Below, one piece after another: positions 46,643-55,648 of a stretch of DNA of 64,000 bases; position 1 is the first letter of the stretch; each line of letters begins with the position of its first letter. Origin of the DNA: Ignavibacteriota bacterium (GTDB lineage: Bacteria; Bacteroidota; Ignavibacteria; UBA10030; UBA6906); NCBI GenBank assembly GCA_963801355.1, contig CAWDEM010000004.1, forward strand, positions 192,001 to 256,000, given 5' to 3'. The translations under genes were made by a program, and so were the position numbers. The notes below the pieces were generated by a model. It worked only from the letters and a program-made list of their open reading frames with translations, made no database searches and had not been told where the DNA came from.

Positions 46643-47529
46643 CGCTGGCGGATCTTGATACTCCCGAGTCCGGAATCAAGGGTGATGTTCATCTTTCCGG
46701 TCGCACGGTAGTAGTTGTCGGTGAGATACTCGTTTTCAGCACTGCTCGCAAAGCTGGCATCAAAATCCACCGTTGAAACCCAGTTCTTCTCGTAGGCGAT
46801 ACGGGCTCCTGCTTCTTTCGGCACTATGATTGTGGCGAAGCCCAATCCCACTTCCACATTCACTTCCACTTCATTCCTGAGAGTGCCACCGAAGTCCAGG
46901 GTGTATGATCCGACGCCACCCTGAAAATGGAAATTCTTAAAACGGGCGTTCGAGAGATTATGTCCTTCAAATCGACTCATCCCCGACTCGATCGTCAGAT
47001 TTTCGATTTCGAGCGGATTTTCTTCACCGAAATTCAGTTCCACTTCGCTTGCGCCGGATGAGAGGTTGAAATCCTTGACCTGCAGGCCGGTCATATCGAA
47101 ATTGCCCCTGCCCACACCAAGTTCTATGTCGAACGAAATCGGCAGCGCATCGCTGAACTGCAGGATCCAGGAGCCGCCCTCGATGCCGCCGATATGCATT
47201 CCCCGTTTCTTTCCCTCCGGTTCGTCGGCATCATGGCCCAGATTCACTTCCAGATAGCCGACTCTGTTGCGGACCGTATAGTCGACAGTCATGCGCGGTG
47301 ATTCGTCCGCCGTATTTTGACTCCCCATGCTGACGATTTTGCCGGACTCTCCTCTGCTGATGGTCACATTGCCGAATGAAGAGGCGAGCACAACCTTGAT
47401 TTCCTTTTCGGTCGTCCGGCCGATCTCCTTGAGGCGTCCTAACTCCTGCGCGCCGGCTCCGGACAAACAGGCGATCAGCAGGGTGACAATTGTGCACACC
47501 GGCACTATGTTGGCACGGGGTATCTTCAT
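46639..47529 (-). CDS. Exported toast-rack / LiaF (DUF2154)-like beta-solenoid protein
   Basis: Signal peptide; repeated units ELGVGRGNFD, SSGASEVEL, QGGVGSYTLD, EVGLGFATI, DSGLGSIKI; AAGGAG SD. Confidence 0.75.
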   Translation of the reverse strand: MKIPRANIVPVCTIVTLLIACLSGAGAQELGRLKEIGRTTEKEIKVVLASSFGNVTISRGESGKIVSMGSQNTADESPRMTVDYTVRNRVGYLEVNLGHDADEPEGKKRGMHIGGIEGGSWILQFSDALPISFDIELGVGRGNFDMTGLQVKDFNLSSGASEVELNFGEENPLEIENLTIESGMSRFEGHNLSNARFKNFHFQGGVGSYTLDFGGTLRNEVEVNVEVGLGFATIIVPKEAGARIAYEKNWVSTVDFDASFASSAENEYLTDNYYRATGKMNITLDSGLGSIKIRQR

Positions 47530-47562
47530 GGCAAATGCAGCCTACTCCTTCTCTATTATCTA

Positions 47563-47589
47563 TACGGAAGAATCCCTGCAGAGGTTACA
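47563..47589 (-). promoter_or_regulatory. Putative ECF (SigW/SigX-type) promoter
   Basis: Minus strand TGTAAC-17 nt-CGTA upstream of the toast-rack gene. Confidence 0.6.
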
Positions 47590-47597
47590 GATCGGGG

Positions 47598-48257
47598 TCA
47601 ATAGTGGCGGATTTTGTGGCGAAGCTGCTTGTACAGGAGCTCACGGGCCCTGAAAATGTGTGCTTTGACGGTTCCAATCGGGATTTTCAGCATTTTGGCA
47701 ATTTCCTCGTAGCTCCGTTCTTCGCTGTGACGGAGAAGAATCACCCTGCGATACTTCTCGGGAAGCTGGTCAATTGCCTGCTGCAGGAGCACGGCACGCT
47801 GGTCGCTGATGAGGGCTTTGTCGGCTTCGTAGGAATCATCCGGCAGCTCATAGGTGTAATCACTGTCTTTTGACTCGATCGGCTTGTCGATCGAATACAT
47901 CTGAAGTTTCCGGCGCCGGATATGGTCGATACAGTTGTTCGTTGCAATCTTGTACAGCCACGTGGAGAAGGCAAACTCCTCGTTGAAATTCTTGAGCGAA
48001 GAAAATGCCTTGATGAACGCCTCCTGTGTAAGATCCTCCACCTGTTCATGGTCATGCACCATGCGGTAGACGAAACCGAAAATCGCATCGTGGTATTTGT
48101 GCATCAGGTGGGCGTATGCGGCGTCGTCACCCGCCAGTGCCGCCTTGATCAGACGGGAATCCTCAGAGCGCGAATCCAGTCGCTTCTGCTCTTTGGAGTC
48201 TCCGGGAGTGGGAGGGGATTTGGCCGGCCGTGATCGTGTGGATCGTCGTTGAGGCAT
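47598..48257 (-). CDS. ECF RNA polymerase sigma factor, SigW/RpoE-like
   Basis: EDLTQEAFIKAF, FSTWLYKIATNNCID, SYEEIA..LKIPIGTVKAHIFRARE; start set at ATG 48257 downstream of its promoter. Confidence 0.92.
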   Translation of the reverse strand: MPQRRSTRSRPAKSPPTPGDSKEQKRLDSRSEDSRLIKAALAGDDAAYAHLMHKYHDAIFGFVYRMVHDHEQVEDLTQEAFIKAFSSLKNFNEEFAFSTWLYKIATNNCIDHIRRRKLQMYSIDKPIESKDSDYTYELPDDSYEADKALISDQRAVLLQQAIDQLPEKYRRVILLRHSEERSYEEIAKMLKIPIGTVKAHIFRARELLYKQLRHKIRHY

Positions 48258-48269
48258 GAGAGTGCCGAA

Positions 48270-48337
48270 AAAGTACAGAAAACGCTGCAAAGGTGCAAGG
48301 ACGGCTGTTTGCTTCAACTCGAAGAAATACGTAAGTT
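48270..48337. promoter_or_regulatory. Back-to-back sigma70 promoters (ECF sigma / tmk)
   Basis: Minus: TTGCAC(48298-48293)-17-TACTTT(48275-48270); plus: TTGCTT(48309-48314)-17-TAAGTT(48332-48337). Confidence 0.6.
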
Positions 48338-48342
48338 GTCCC

Positions 48343-48960
48343 ATGTTTCTGACATTCGAAGGCATTGATTTCTCCGGCAAGTCCACTCAGGCCCGGCTTC
48401 TTGTGGAACGGCTGGAGAACAATCATACCGTGCGACTCATCCGGGAGCCCGGTGGGACGCGGATCTCGGAGCGACTGCGGGAAATACTTCTCGACAAACG
48501 TCATCTTGAACTCACGGACGTTGCTGAACTCTTCCTTTTCGAGGCCAGCAGGGCACAGCTTGTGGCGGAGGTCATCCGTCCCGCCCTGGAACGGGGTGAG
48601 TTCGTGATTTGTGACCGGTACTTCGATTCCACAACGGCGTACCAGGGGTTTGGCCGCGGTATCGACATCGGTGCGATTGCGGGGATCAACACACTGGCGA
48701 CGGGCGGGACCGACCCGGACCTGACATTTATGATCGATATTCCCGTGGAGGAGATCGAGCGACGGAAACAGGGTGCGGGGCTGGTATTTGACCGGATGGA
48801 AATAAGCGGCCGGCAGTTTTACGAGCGGGTGCGGGCGGGATACGAGCACCTTTCCCGGACGATGGAACGCATGGTGCTGATTGACGGAACACGGTCTGTG
48901 CAGGACATTCACCAGGAAATCTGGAAAACGCTGGTTCTTCGGCGGATTATTCACTCATAG
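48343..48960 (+). CDS. tmk: Thymidylate kinase
   Basis: FLTFEGIDFSGKSTQ, REPGGT, LFEASRAQ, CDRYFDST.AYQG. Confidence 0.96.
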   Translation: MFLTFEGIDFSGKSTQARLLVERLENNHTVRLIREPGGTRISERLREILLDKRHLELTDVAELFLFEASRAQLVAEVIRPALERGEFVICDRYFDSTTAYQGFGRGIDIGAIAGINTLATGGTDPDLTFMIDIPVEEIERRKQGAGLVFDRMEISGRQFYERVRAGYEHLSRTMERMVLIDGTRSVQDIHQEIWKTLVLRRIIHS

Positions 48961-48980
48961 AGGGAAGAGCGGAGCAGGAT

Positions 48981-50651
48981 ATGCGCGAAAGTGCACACAA
49001 GGGAAAAGGCCGGAACGGTGTTGCTGTTGCAGGCATCGCCGGGGTGATTGTTCTTTTTTTCGGTTTTATGGGATCTGGAGATAATGAGTTTCTCCTGAAA
49101 GTGAACAGGGGCATTGATGTCTTCGGACGGGTGTATAAAGAAGTCACGACAAATTACGTTGACGACATCGACCCGGAAAAGTTCATGGAGGCCGGGATTA
49201 ACGGAATGCTCGGTACACTGGACCCCTATACCGCATACATCGACAAAGAAGACGGCGATGAAGTAGATCTTCTGACAACCGGAAAGTACGGCGGGGTAGG
49301 CGTCACGATCGGCATCCGGGACGGAGCCGTGCGGGTGATTTCGTTGATGGACGGTTATTCCGCGCAGCGGCAGGGTTTGCTGCCCGGCGACCGGTTCATC
49401 ACCATCGGCGGTGTCGATGTTTCCAACATGAAACCCGATGAGATCCGCAATCTTACGCGCGGGGACCCCGGTACGGACGTCAAAGTGGTGATCGAACGCG
49501 AAGGTGAGGCACGCCCGTTGGAGTTCGTTCTGATCCGGGAAGAGATTCAGGTGAAGAACGTCACCTATGCAGGTCGTGTGGAGGATGGGATCGGCTATAT
49601 ACGTCTCGAGCGGTTCTCGCGGCGGGCGGGGGATGAAGTCCGCCAGGCGATCCGCGAAATGAAGATCAGCGGGGATTTGAGCGGAATGATTCTTGACCTG
49701 CGCGGCAACCCCGGTGGATTGCTCGATGCCGCAGTGGATGTGAGCAGCAAGTTTGTTCCGCGCGGCAGCCTGATCGTCAGCACCCGGGGACGTCGCGCCG
49801 AGGCAGAACGGAAGTACTCGTCGACCGAAGAACCGGTTCTTCCGTCGACACCTCTTGTGGTGCTCACAGATCGGAACAGCGCCAGTGCTAGCGAAATCGT
49901 CGCCGGCAGCCTGCAGGACCTGGATCGCGCCCTGATCGTCGGAACACGGTCATTTGGCAAGGGGCTGGTCCAGACGATTGTCCCGTTGAACTACGGAGCA
50001 CAGCTGAAGGTCACGACGGCACGGTACTATATTCCGAGCGGGCGCAGCATCCAGGAGATCGACTACGTGCATCGCGACCGGAACGGCGTGTTTGTCGTCA
50101 CGCCGGACAGTCTCAAGCGCCAGTTCACCACAGCGCGAGGCCGGAAGGTCACGGAATTAGGAGGCATCGCCCCTGACACCGTGGTGGAACTGGAAGATCC
50201 CGGCCCCATGGTGCGCGAGCTGCGGCGGAAGTTGCTCTTCTTTAGATTTGCCAATCGCTACGTAAGTGAGCATCCCGGCGATTCACTGCTCACGGTGACG
50301 CCCGAAGTGCTCGCTGCTTTCAAGAGCTTTCTGGAAAAGGAAAAATTCCATTTCCAGGAGGAGAGCGAAAATCGGTTGAAAGAACTCCGGCAAACCGCGG
50401 AGCGCGGCCGGTACAGCGAGGAGCTCCTGAAGGAACTGGACGTCATATCGGGAATCGTCGAGCGTGAAAATGCACGCGGCTTTGAACGGTTCCGCGACTA
50501 TGTCAGCAACGATTTGCATGTCGAACTGATGGGCAGACTCAAGAACGAGCACGGCCGCATCGAGGCATCCCTGAAATTCGACAGGCAGGTCCAGACAGCG
50601 GTCAAACTCCTGCAGGATCGCAAACTCTTCGCGCGGCGGATGGGCCTCTAG
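48981..50651 (+). CDS. ctpA: S41 family carboxy-terminal processing protease
   Basis: LDPYT, PDZ domain, LDLRGNPGG, SASASEIV, FGKGLVQ, TTARYYIPSGR. Confidence 0.93.
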   Translation: MRESAHKGKGRNGVAVAGIAGVIVLFFGFMGSGDNEFLLKVNRGIDVFGRVYKEVTTNYVDDIDPEKFMEAGINGMLGTLDPYTAYIDKEDGDEVDLLTTGKYGGVGVTIGIRDGAVRVISLMDGYSAQRQGLLPGDRFITIGGVDVSNMKPDEIRNLTRGDPGTDVKVVIEREGEARPLEFVLIREEIQVKNVTYAGRVEDGIGYIRLERFSRRAGDEVRQAIREMKISGDLSGMILDLRGNPGGLLDAAVDVSSKFVPRGSLIVSTRGRRAEAERKYSSTEEPVLPSTPLVVLTDRNSASASEIVAGSLQDLDRALIVGTRSFGKGLVQTIVPLNYGAQLKVTTARYYIPSGRSIQEIDYVHRDRNGVFVVTPDSLKRQFTTARGRKVTELGGIAPDTVVELEDPGPMVRELRRKLLFFRFANRYVSEHPGDSLLTVTPEVLAAFKSFLEKEKFHFQEESENRLKELRQTAERGRYSEELLKELDVISGIVERENARGFERFRDYVSNDLHVELMGRLKNEHGRIEASLKFDRQVQTAVKLLQDRKLFARRMGL

Positions 50652-50662
50652 GCCCGGGGACA

Positions 50663-51466
50663 ATGGACGTTCTTCCACTGCTCATCCTCCTCTGCGCGGG
50701 ATGCTTTGCCGGGTTTCTCGCCGGATTTTTCGGCGTCGGTGGCGGGATCATCCTCGTCCCGCTGCTGCTGCTCTACTATCAGACCACGACAGTCTCCTCT
50801 CTCGTCTCGACGCATCTGGCATTCGGCACCAGCTTGCTAATCATCATCTTCGCTTCCGGTGCATCCGCAATCCAGTACACACGCAATAGACAGGTCGTAT
50901 GGAAAGCGGTGGTATTTCTCGGCGCGGGCAGCGTTGCGGGAGGGCTCGGCGGGGCTCTTGTGGCGGGAGGATTGGAGGGACGCGTGCTGCGTCAGATCTT
51001 CGCAGCAGTGTTGATGCTGGCTGCAGTGCAGCTTCTTGTGTCGGCAAAGAAACGCAAGGGGGAAGATGTACCGGCAACACATCCGCCGGCACTTCTGCTG
51101 AGCGGGCTGGTGGTGGGACTTGTGTCTGCGCTCGCGGGAGTCGGCGGGGGTATCGCTTCGATCCCGATCATGCACACGATACTTCGCTTTCCCTTCAAGA
51201 AAGCCCTGGGGACGTCAAGCGCCACGATTGTTATTACCGCCTGTGCAGCCGGCATCGGCTATATCGTACGGGGATGGGGGAATAGCTCCCTTCCCCCTTT
51301 CACGCTCGGCTATGTCGACTACCTACACGCCGTGCCGCTCATTCTTGGCTCGATTCCTTTTGCGATGCTCGGTGCACGGACGGCGCAGAGGACGGATGCA
51401 AGGCTCCTGACGAAGATCTTTGCGGTATTCCTCATCATCATGGCGTTTCGCATGTTCTTCCAGTAG
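50663..51466 (+). CDS. Sulfite exporter TauE/SafE family membrane protein
   Basis: Duplicated G..GVGGG..P motif, GTSL/GTSS, ~8 TM helices. Confidence 0.9.
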   Translation: MDVLPLLILLCAGCFAGFLAGFFGVGGGIILVPLLLLYYQTTTVSSLVSTHLAFGTSLLIIIFASGASAIQYTRNRQVVWKAVVFLGAGSVAGGLGGALVAGGLEGRVLRQIFAAVLMLAAVQLLVSAKKRKGEDVPATHPPALLLSGLVVGLVSALAGVGGGIASIPIMHTILRFPFKKALGTSSATIVITACAAGIGYIVRGWGNSSLPPFTLGYVDYLHAVPLILGSIPFAMLGARTAQRTDARLLTKIFAVFLIIMAFRMFFQ

Positions 51467-51471
51467 GCCCG

Positions 51472-52095
51472 TCACGCCAGGCGATCCCGTATCATTCCGA
51501 CCACCTTCTGCAGGTCTTCCTTCCTGTTGACAAAATCCAGGTTATCGGATTCGACAATCAGCAGCTTCCCCCTCGTATATCTCCCGACCCACGACTCGTA
51601 GTGGCGGTTCAGTTGTTCCAGATATTCCCGCTTGATGGATTGCTCAAAGTCGCGGCCGCGAAGGGCGATCTGACGGAGCAGCGTTCCGACATCAGCCCGC
51701 AGATAGACCAGCAGATCGGGAGGATGCAAGTATTCCGTCATGACATCATAGAGAGCGACATAATTTCTGTAGTCCCGCTCCTCCATATTGCCGATCTCGA
51801 AGAGGTTGCGCGCAAAGATCTCGGCATCTTCATAAATAACGCGATCGAGTACAACCGATGCCGTCCCCTCGGTGATTGCCTTGTGATTGCGGAACCGGTT
51901 TGAAAGAAAATACACCTGCAGTTGAAATGACCACCGCCGCATATCGCGGTAAAAATCGCTCAAGTAGGGGTTGTCTTCCACGGATTCGTACATCGCCTCC
52001 CACCCCATGGTCTGGCTCAGCAATCGTGTCAGGGAGGACTTTCCGGAGCCGATGTTGCCGGCTACCGCAACGAAGGTGTGTGCAGGTGAAGTCAT
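51472..52095 (-). CDS. Deoxynucleoside kinase
   Basis: VAGNIGSGKS, NPYL.DFY, LDRVIYED..IF, PDLLVYL, RGRDFE. Confidence 0.93.
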   Translation of the reverse strand: MTSPAHTFVAVAGNIGSGKSSLTRLLSQTMGWEAMYESVEDNPYLSDFYRDMRRWSFQLQVYFLSNRFRNHKAITEGTASVVLDRVIYEDAEIFARNLFEIGNMEERDYRNYVALYDVMTEYLHPPDLLVYLRADVGTLLRQIALRGRDFEQSIKREYLEQLNRHYESWVGRYTRGKLLIVESDNLDFVNRKEDLQKVVGMIRDRLA

Positions 52096-52973
52096 GGATG
52101 TCCTGTGCGAAGATATGCAATGAGCATCGCCAGCCCGTCGACGGCGCGGGGCCCCGGCCGCGTCACGAGATCGGGTGGTACGCGGTACACATGTCCGGTG
52201 CGGACGGCGGTGAGCTGGGCCCATTCCGGGTAGAGCGTGGAAATACTCTGCGTTGAGTCGAATGCATCGGATGTGATGAGCACCACCCCGGGGTCCTGCG
52301 TCAACACCATCTCGCGGCTGAGGGAGGGATAGGTCATGCCGGTCGGCGCAGCAAGGTTCTCGGCACCCGCGGCCGTCAGCAGCTCATTGAGGAACGTGCG
52401 ATCCCCCACCGCCATCAGCGGCTGGACCGAAACGAAGAACAGCGTTCGCGTCCGCTCTCCCGCGGCGATCATGCGGAGCTGCGCGGTGCGCCGGGAGAGC
52501 GAGTCGGTGAGTGCCGCTGCCTCGCGCGTGTGTCCTGTGAGCGCACCCAGATCACGGAGGGAGAGGTTGATTGCCTCCAGCGTCCGCGGATTGGTCACGA
52601 ATACCGGTATCTGCAGGCCGGTCAACGTGAGAAAATCCTGGCGCTGGTTCCCCTCCATACTGACAATAATGAGATCGGGTGACAGCCCGACAATGGCTTC
52701 AATGCTCGGATTGATGATTCCGCCGACGCGGCGGCAGGACTGTGCTTCCGGAGGATAATTGCAGTAATCCGTCACCCCCACCACCTGACTTCCCGCGCCA
52801 ATAGCGAACAATGACTCGGTGATGCTGGGTGCGAGCGACACGATGCGCGTCGCAGGATGCGGCAGCGTGACGCGGCGGCCCAGGTCATCTTCAAGAGCAA
52901 TCTGTGCCTGGCTGCACGCAATGCCTGACAGAAGGCACACGGCGAGTGTGCCCACGCGCACGGGAATGTTCAT
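52092..52973 (-). CDS. BtuF-like cobalamin/iron-siderophore ABC substrate-binding protein
   Basis: DDLGR.V, RIVSLAPSITE, VVGVTDYCNYP, P.IEAI..L.PDL, RPGPR. Confidence 0.88.
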   Translation of the reverse strand: MNIPVRVGTLAVCLLSGIACSQAQIALEDDLGRRVTLPHPATRIVSLAPSITESLFAIGAGSQVVGVTDYCNYPPEAQSCRRVGGIINPSIEAIVGLSPDLIIVSMEGNQRQDFLTLTGLQIPVFVTNPRTLEAINLSLRDLGALTGHTREAAALTDSLSRRTAQLRMIAAGERTRTLFFVSVQPLMAVGDRTFLNELLTAAGAENLAAPTGMTYPSLSREMVLTQDPGVVLITSDAFDSTQSISTLYPEWAQLTAVRTGHVYRVPPDLVTRPGPRAVDGLAMLIAYLRTGHP

Positions 52974-53014
52974 ACGGGGGAATGTTCGTTCAGAGTGTGT
53001 GCGGAAAGATAGGA

Positions 53015-53047
53015 GAGATGGGGCTCAGAAGCAACTGAGCCCATCTC
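53015..53047 (-). terminator. Hairpin downstream of the small basic gene, probable terminator
   Basis: 13-bp stem with one bulge, GAGATG(G)GGCTCAG / CTGAGCCCATCTC; pyrimidine-rich tail on the minus strand. Confidence 0.6.
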
Positions 53048-53057
53048 CGCCTCTTGT

Positions 53058-53237
53058 TCATTTTACCGCGGCTTTAATGCGTGCGACGGTGTCTTTGGTG
53101 TAATAGCTGCACACTCCCTTTTTTGCCGCCGGCTTGATCGCCAACTGCTGCAGCGCTTTCTTCACTTTTGCACCCGGTACACCGAGTTGCTTTGCGATAG
53201 TGCCCGCGGTGAGCAGATCCGTCGTCGTCGTTGCCAT
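53058..53237 (-). CDS. Small basic 59-aa protein, possible HTH DNA-binding protein (not in ORF track)
   Basis: Own translation: MATTTTDLLTAGTIAKQLGVPGAKVKKALQQLAIKPAAKKGVCSYYTKDTVARIKAAVK; AGGA SD; followed by a hairpin. Confidence 0.8.
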   Translation of the reverse strand: MATTTTDLLTAGTIAKQLGVPGAKVKKALQQLAIKPAAKKGVCSYYTKDTVARIKAAVK

Positions 53238-53269
53238 AGGAGCATCCTGATGATGTGAGTGATGGTGGA

Positions 53270-54184
53270 TTATGGGTGTGTCAGGCCGAGCTGGCGTGCC
53301 AGCCAGTCGTGCCGGTCCTTTCGCGCCCCCGGAACCCTCATATCGTGTTCTGCATCATACCATCGCACGGTCTTCGGAGGCGAAGCAGCGGCACTGAATG
53401 AGAGTGCCGTTTCCGTTGAGATATATTTGTCGTTGTTAGCGAATTGGAACAACAGGGCAGCCGGTGCGGCGTACGGCACAAAATGCACGGGATCCACCGG
53501 GTCGATGGCGTCGCGATATGCCCGGTCTCCCGCTGCCGCGGTGGACGGCCAGTACTTCAGCGACCAATCGGCAAAGCTCCCCATGCCGGCTATGAGCACA
53601 AAGGCTTTCACACGTGATTCGACACCTGCAAGAATTGCTCCGTACATGGCCCCGTAGTCGTGTCCGACGTACGCGACCCGTTGCGTATCCAGGCCGGGTT
53701 CACGGAGCAACAGGTCAAGAGCCTTCCGTGTGTCAATCGTCTGATCGATGACCTGCTGCCGGTCTACTGCTCCGCTCACAGGCTCTTCCTGCCAGGGAAA
53801 GTACCCCTGGATGAGCATGGACACCACGCCCTCTTTGGCCAGCTGAAGCGCTTCTTCAAGAAATTGATCCCTGTTCCCTTGTGGGCTTCCCAACCAGTGA
53901 AAGAACAACACTCCGGCAAAGGGGCCGTCGCCGGGCGGCCGGATCAGATAAAATCTCACCGGCCCGTGCTTGAGTGAGGAAGCGGGGAAATGCGCATCTC
54001 TGACAGCAATGCCGTCGACCGTGCGCATCGTATCCTCGACAATTTCCATCGGAGCATTGCGGTCATACGTCAGGAGATCCGAAGATGCATGAGCCTGTTT
54101 TGGCGGCGGACCGGAGTCCCGGTGCCGGCCGCACGCAACAAGCAACAGACTGCACAACAGCGGGATGACAAGGGCTTTGTTCAT
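53270..54184 (-). CDS. Alpha/beta hydrolase lipoprotein with GHDYG nucleophile elbow
   Basis: LLVAC lipobox; P.G.GPF.GVLFFHW, RVAYVGHDYGAMYG, downstream Asp (NNDKY) and His (AEHD). Confidence 0.8.
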   Translation of the reverse strand: MNKALVIPLLCSLLLVACGRHRDSGPPPKQAHASSDLLTYDRNAPMEIVEDTMRTVDGIAVRDAHFPASSLKHGPVRFYLIRPPGDGPFAGVLFFHWLGSPQGNRDQFLEEALQLAKEGVVSMLIQGYFPWQEEPVSGAVDRQQVIDQTIDTRKALDLLLREPGLDTQRVAYVGHDYGAMYGAILAGVESRVKAFVLIAGMGSFADWSLKYWPSTAAAGDRAYRDAIDPVDPVHFVPYAAPAALLFQFANNDKYISTETALSFSAAASPPKTVRWYDAEHDMRVPGARKDRHDWLARQLGLTHP

Positions 54185-55560
54185 AAGAGAGTTCCGTGCA
54201 GTATCATTGCGGCAAAAGAGAAGTAGATGATGAGACCGGTCACGTCCACCAGGGTTGCCACAAAAGGAGCCGATGAGGATGCGGGGTCAAATCCGAACCT
54301 GCGGAGAGCAAAAGGAAGCATCGAGCCGGAGATGGTGCCCCAGGTGACGACGCCGACGAGGGAGAACGCCACCGTCAACGCAACGAGGAACCAGTGGGGG
54401 CCATAGAGATTCGTAAATGCGGACCAGAGCGCAATGCGCAGGAAGCCGATGGTTCCCAGCACCGCACCAAGAAGAAATCCCGACAGAATCTCACGGCGCA
54501 TGACCAGCCACCAGTCCCGCAGGGTAATCTCCTGCAACGCCATGGCACGGATGATCAACGTCGCAGCCTGTGATCCGGAGTTGCCACCGCTGGATATGAT
54601 CAGGGGCACGAACAGCGCGAGCACCACGGCTCGTGCAATCTCGGCTTCAAAATACCCCATTGCCGTTGCGGTCAGCAATTCCCCCAGGAACAGAATCACC
54701 AGCCAGCCGGCACGTTTCTTGACCAGTGCAAGGACCGGCGTCCGCACATAGGGATATTCCAGCGACTCCACGCCGCCGAACTTCTGGATATCCTGCGTAT
54801 TGATTTCCTCCACCACGTCCAGCACATCGTCGATTGTCACAATGCCCAGCAAGAAACCGTCCTTGTCAACCACAGGCAACACGGAACGGTCGTACTTCTT
54901 AAAGACCTGCACAGCATGTTCTTTCGTGTCCGACGATGAGAGACTCACAAACGTTTCGTCCATCAATGCCAGCACCGGCGTGTCCAGCGAGGCAAGCAGA
55001 AATTCCCTGATGCGGACGTCGTCGATCAACTTCCCTCTGTTATCGACGACAAAGACAAAGTCCAGTGACTCGATGCCCTTGGCGCTGGTGCGGATGTAAT
55101 TGAGCGTACGTTCGACGGACCACTCCTTTATGACGGCCACGTACTCGGGCGTCATCAGCCGGCCCACGGAGTCAACCGGGTAGCCCAGGAGAGTTGTGGC
55201 TACGGACCGCTCGGCGGGGGAGAGCGCCTCGATCAGTTGCCTGACAACTGGCCCGGGCAACTCCTCGAGAAAGGCAGTGCGGTCATCCGGCGACATCTCA
55301 TCGAGAATGGCACCGACTTCGTCACGTCCCATGGCCTTGAGAAGCTGTTTCTGTACATCAAGGCCAAGGTATTCAAATACGTCTGCGGCGGATTCTTTGG
55401 AGAGCAGGCGGAAGGCGATCGCCCGGTCACGTTCATCCAGATCGGTAATCGCATCTGCGAGTTCGCTCGGATGCCAGTCCCCAAAGACCTCTTTCAGTGT
55501 GTGAAAATCCCGTTTCTGGACGAGATCGGCAATCTCTGGAAGTATGGCGCGGCCAAGCAT
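54181..55560 (-). CDS. mgtE: Magnesium transporter MgtE
   Basis: MgtE N-domain, CBS pair, KRAGWL, PLIISSGGNSGSQ, DPASSSAPFVATLVDVTG. Confidence 0.97.
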   Translation of the reverse strand: MLGRAILPEIADLVQKRDFHTLKEVFGDWHPSELADAITDLDERDRAIAFRLLSKESAADVFEYLGLDVQKQLLKAMGRDEVGAILDEMSPDDRTAFLEELPGPVVRQLIEALSPAERSVATTLLGYPVDSVGRLMTPEYVAVIKEWSVERTLNYIRTSAKGIESLDFVFVVDNRGKLIDDVRIREFLLASLDTPVLALMDETFVSLSSSDTKEHAVQVFKKYDRSVLPVVDKDGFLLGIVTIDDVLDVVEEINTQDIQKFGGVESLEYPYVRTPVLALVKKRAGWLVILFLGELLTATAMGYFEAEIARAVVLALFVPLIISSGGNSGSQAATLIIRAMALQEITLRDWWLVMRREILSGFLLGAVLGTIGFLRIALWSAFTNLYGPHWFLVALTVAFSLVGVVTWGTISGSMLPFALRRFGFDPASSSAPFVATLVDVTGLIIYFSFAAMILHGTLL

Positions 55561-55648
55561 GGGGCCTTCCTCTCGCGGGACGTACCTGGAAAGCTACATA
55601 ATGACACATCCGATCACGCCGGACAAGAAGGAGAGAAATTTCGAGGGG

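Noticed and set aside
52974-53057. Cobalamin riboswitch upstream of the btuF-like gene
   Set aside because: Only ~80 nt, occupied by a terminator-like hairpin; no B12 box
55561-55648. M-box riboswitch upstream of mgtE
   Set aside because: The gap is 88 nt, too short, and has no recognisable motif
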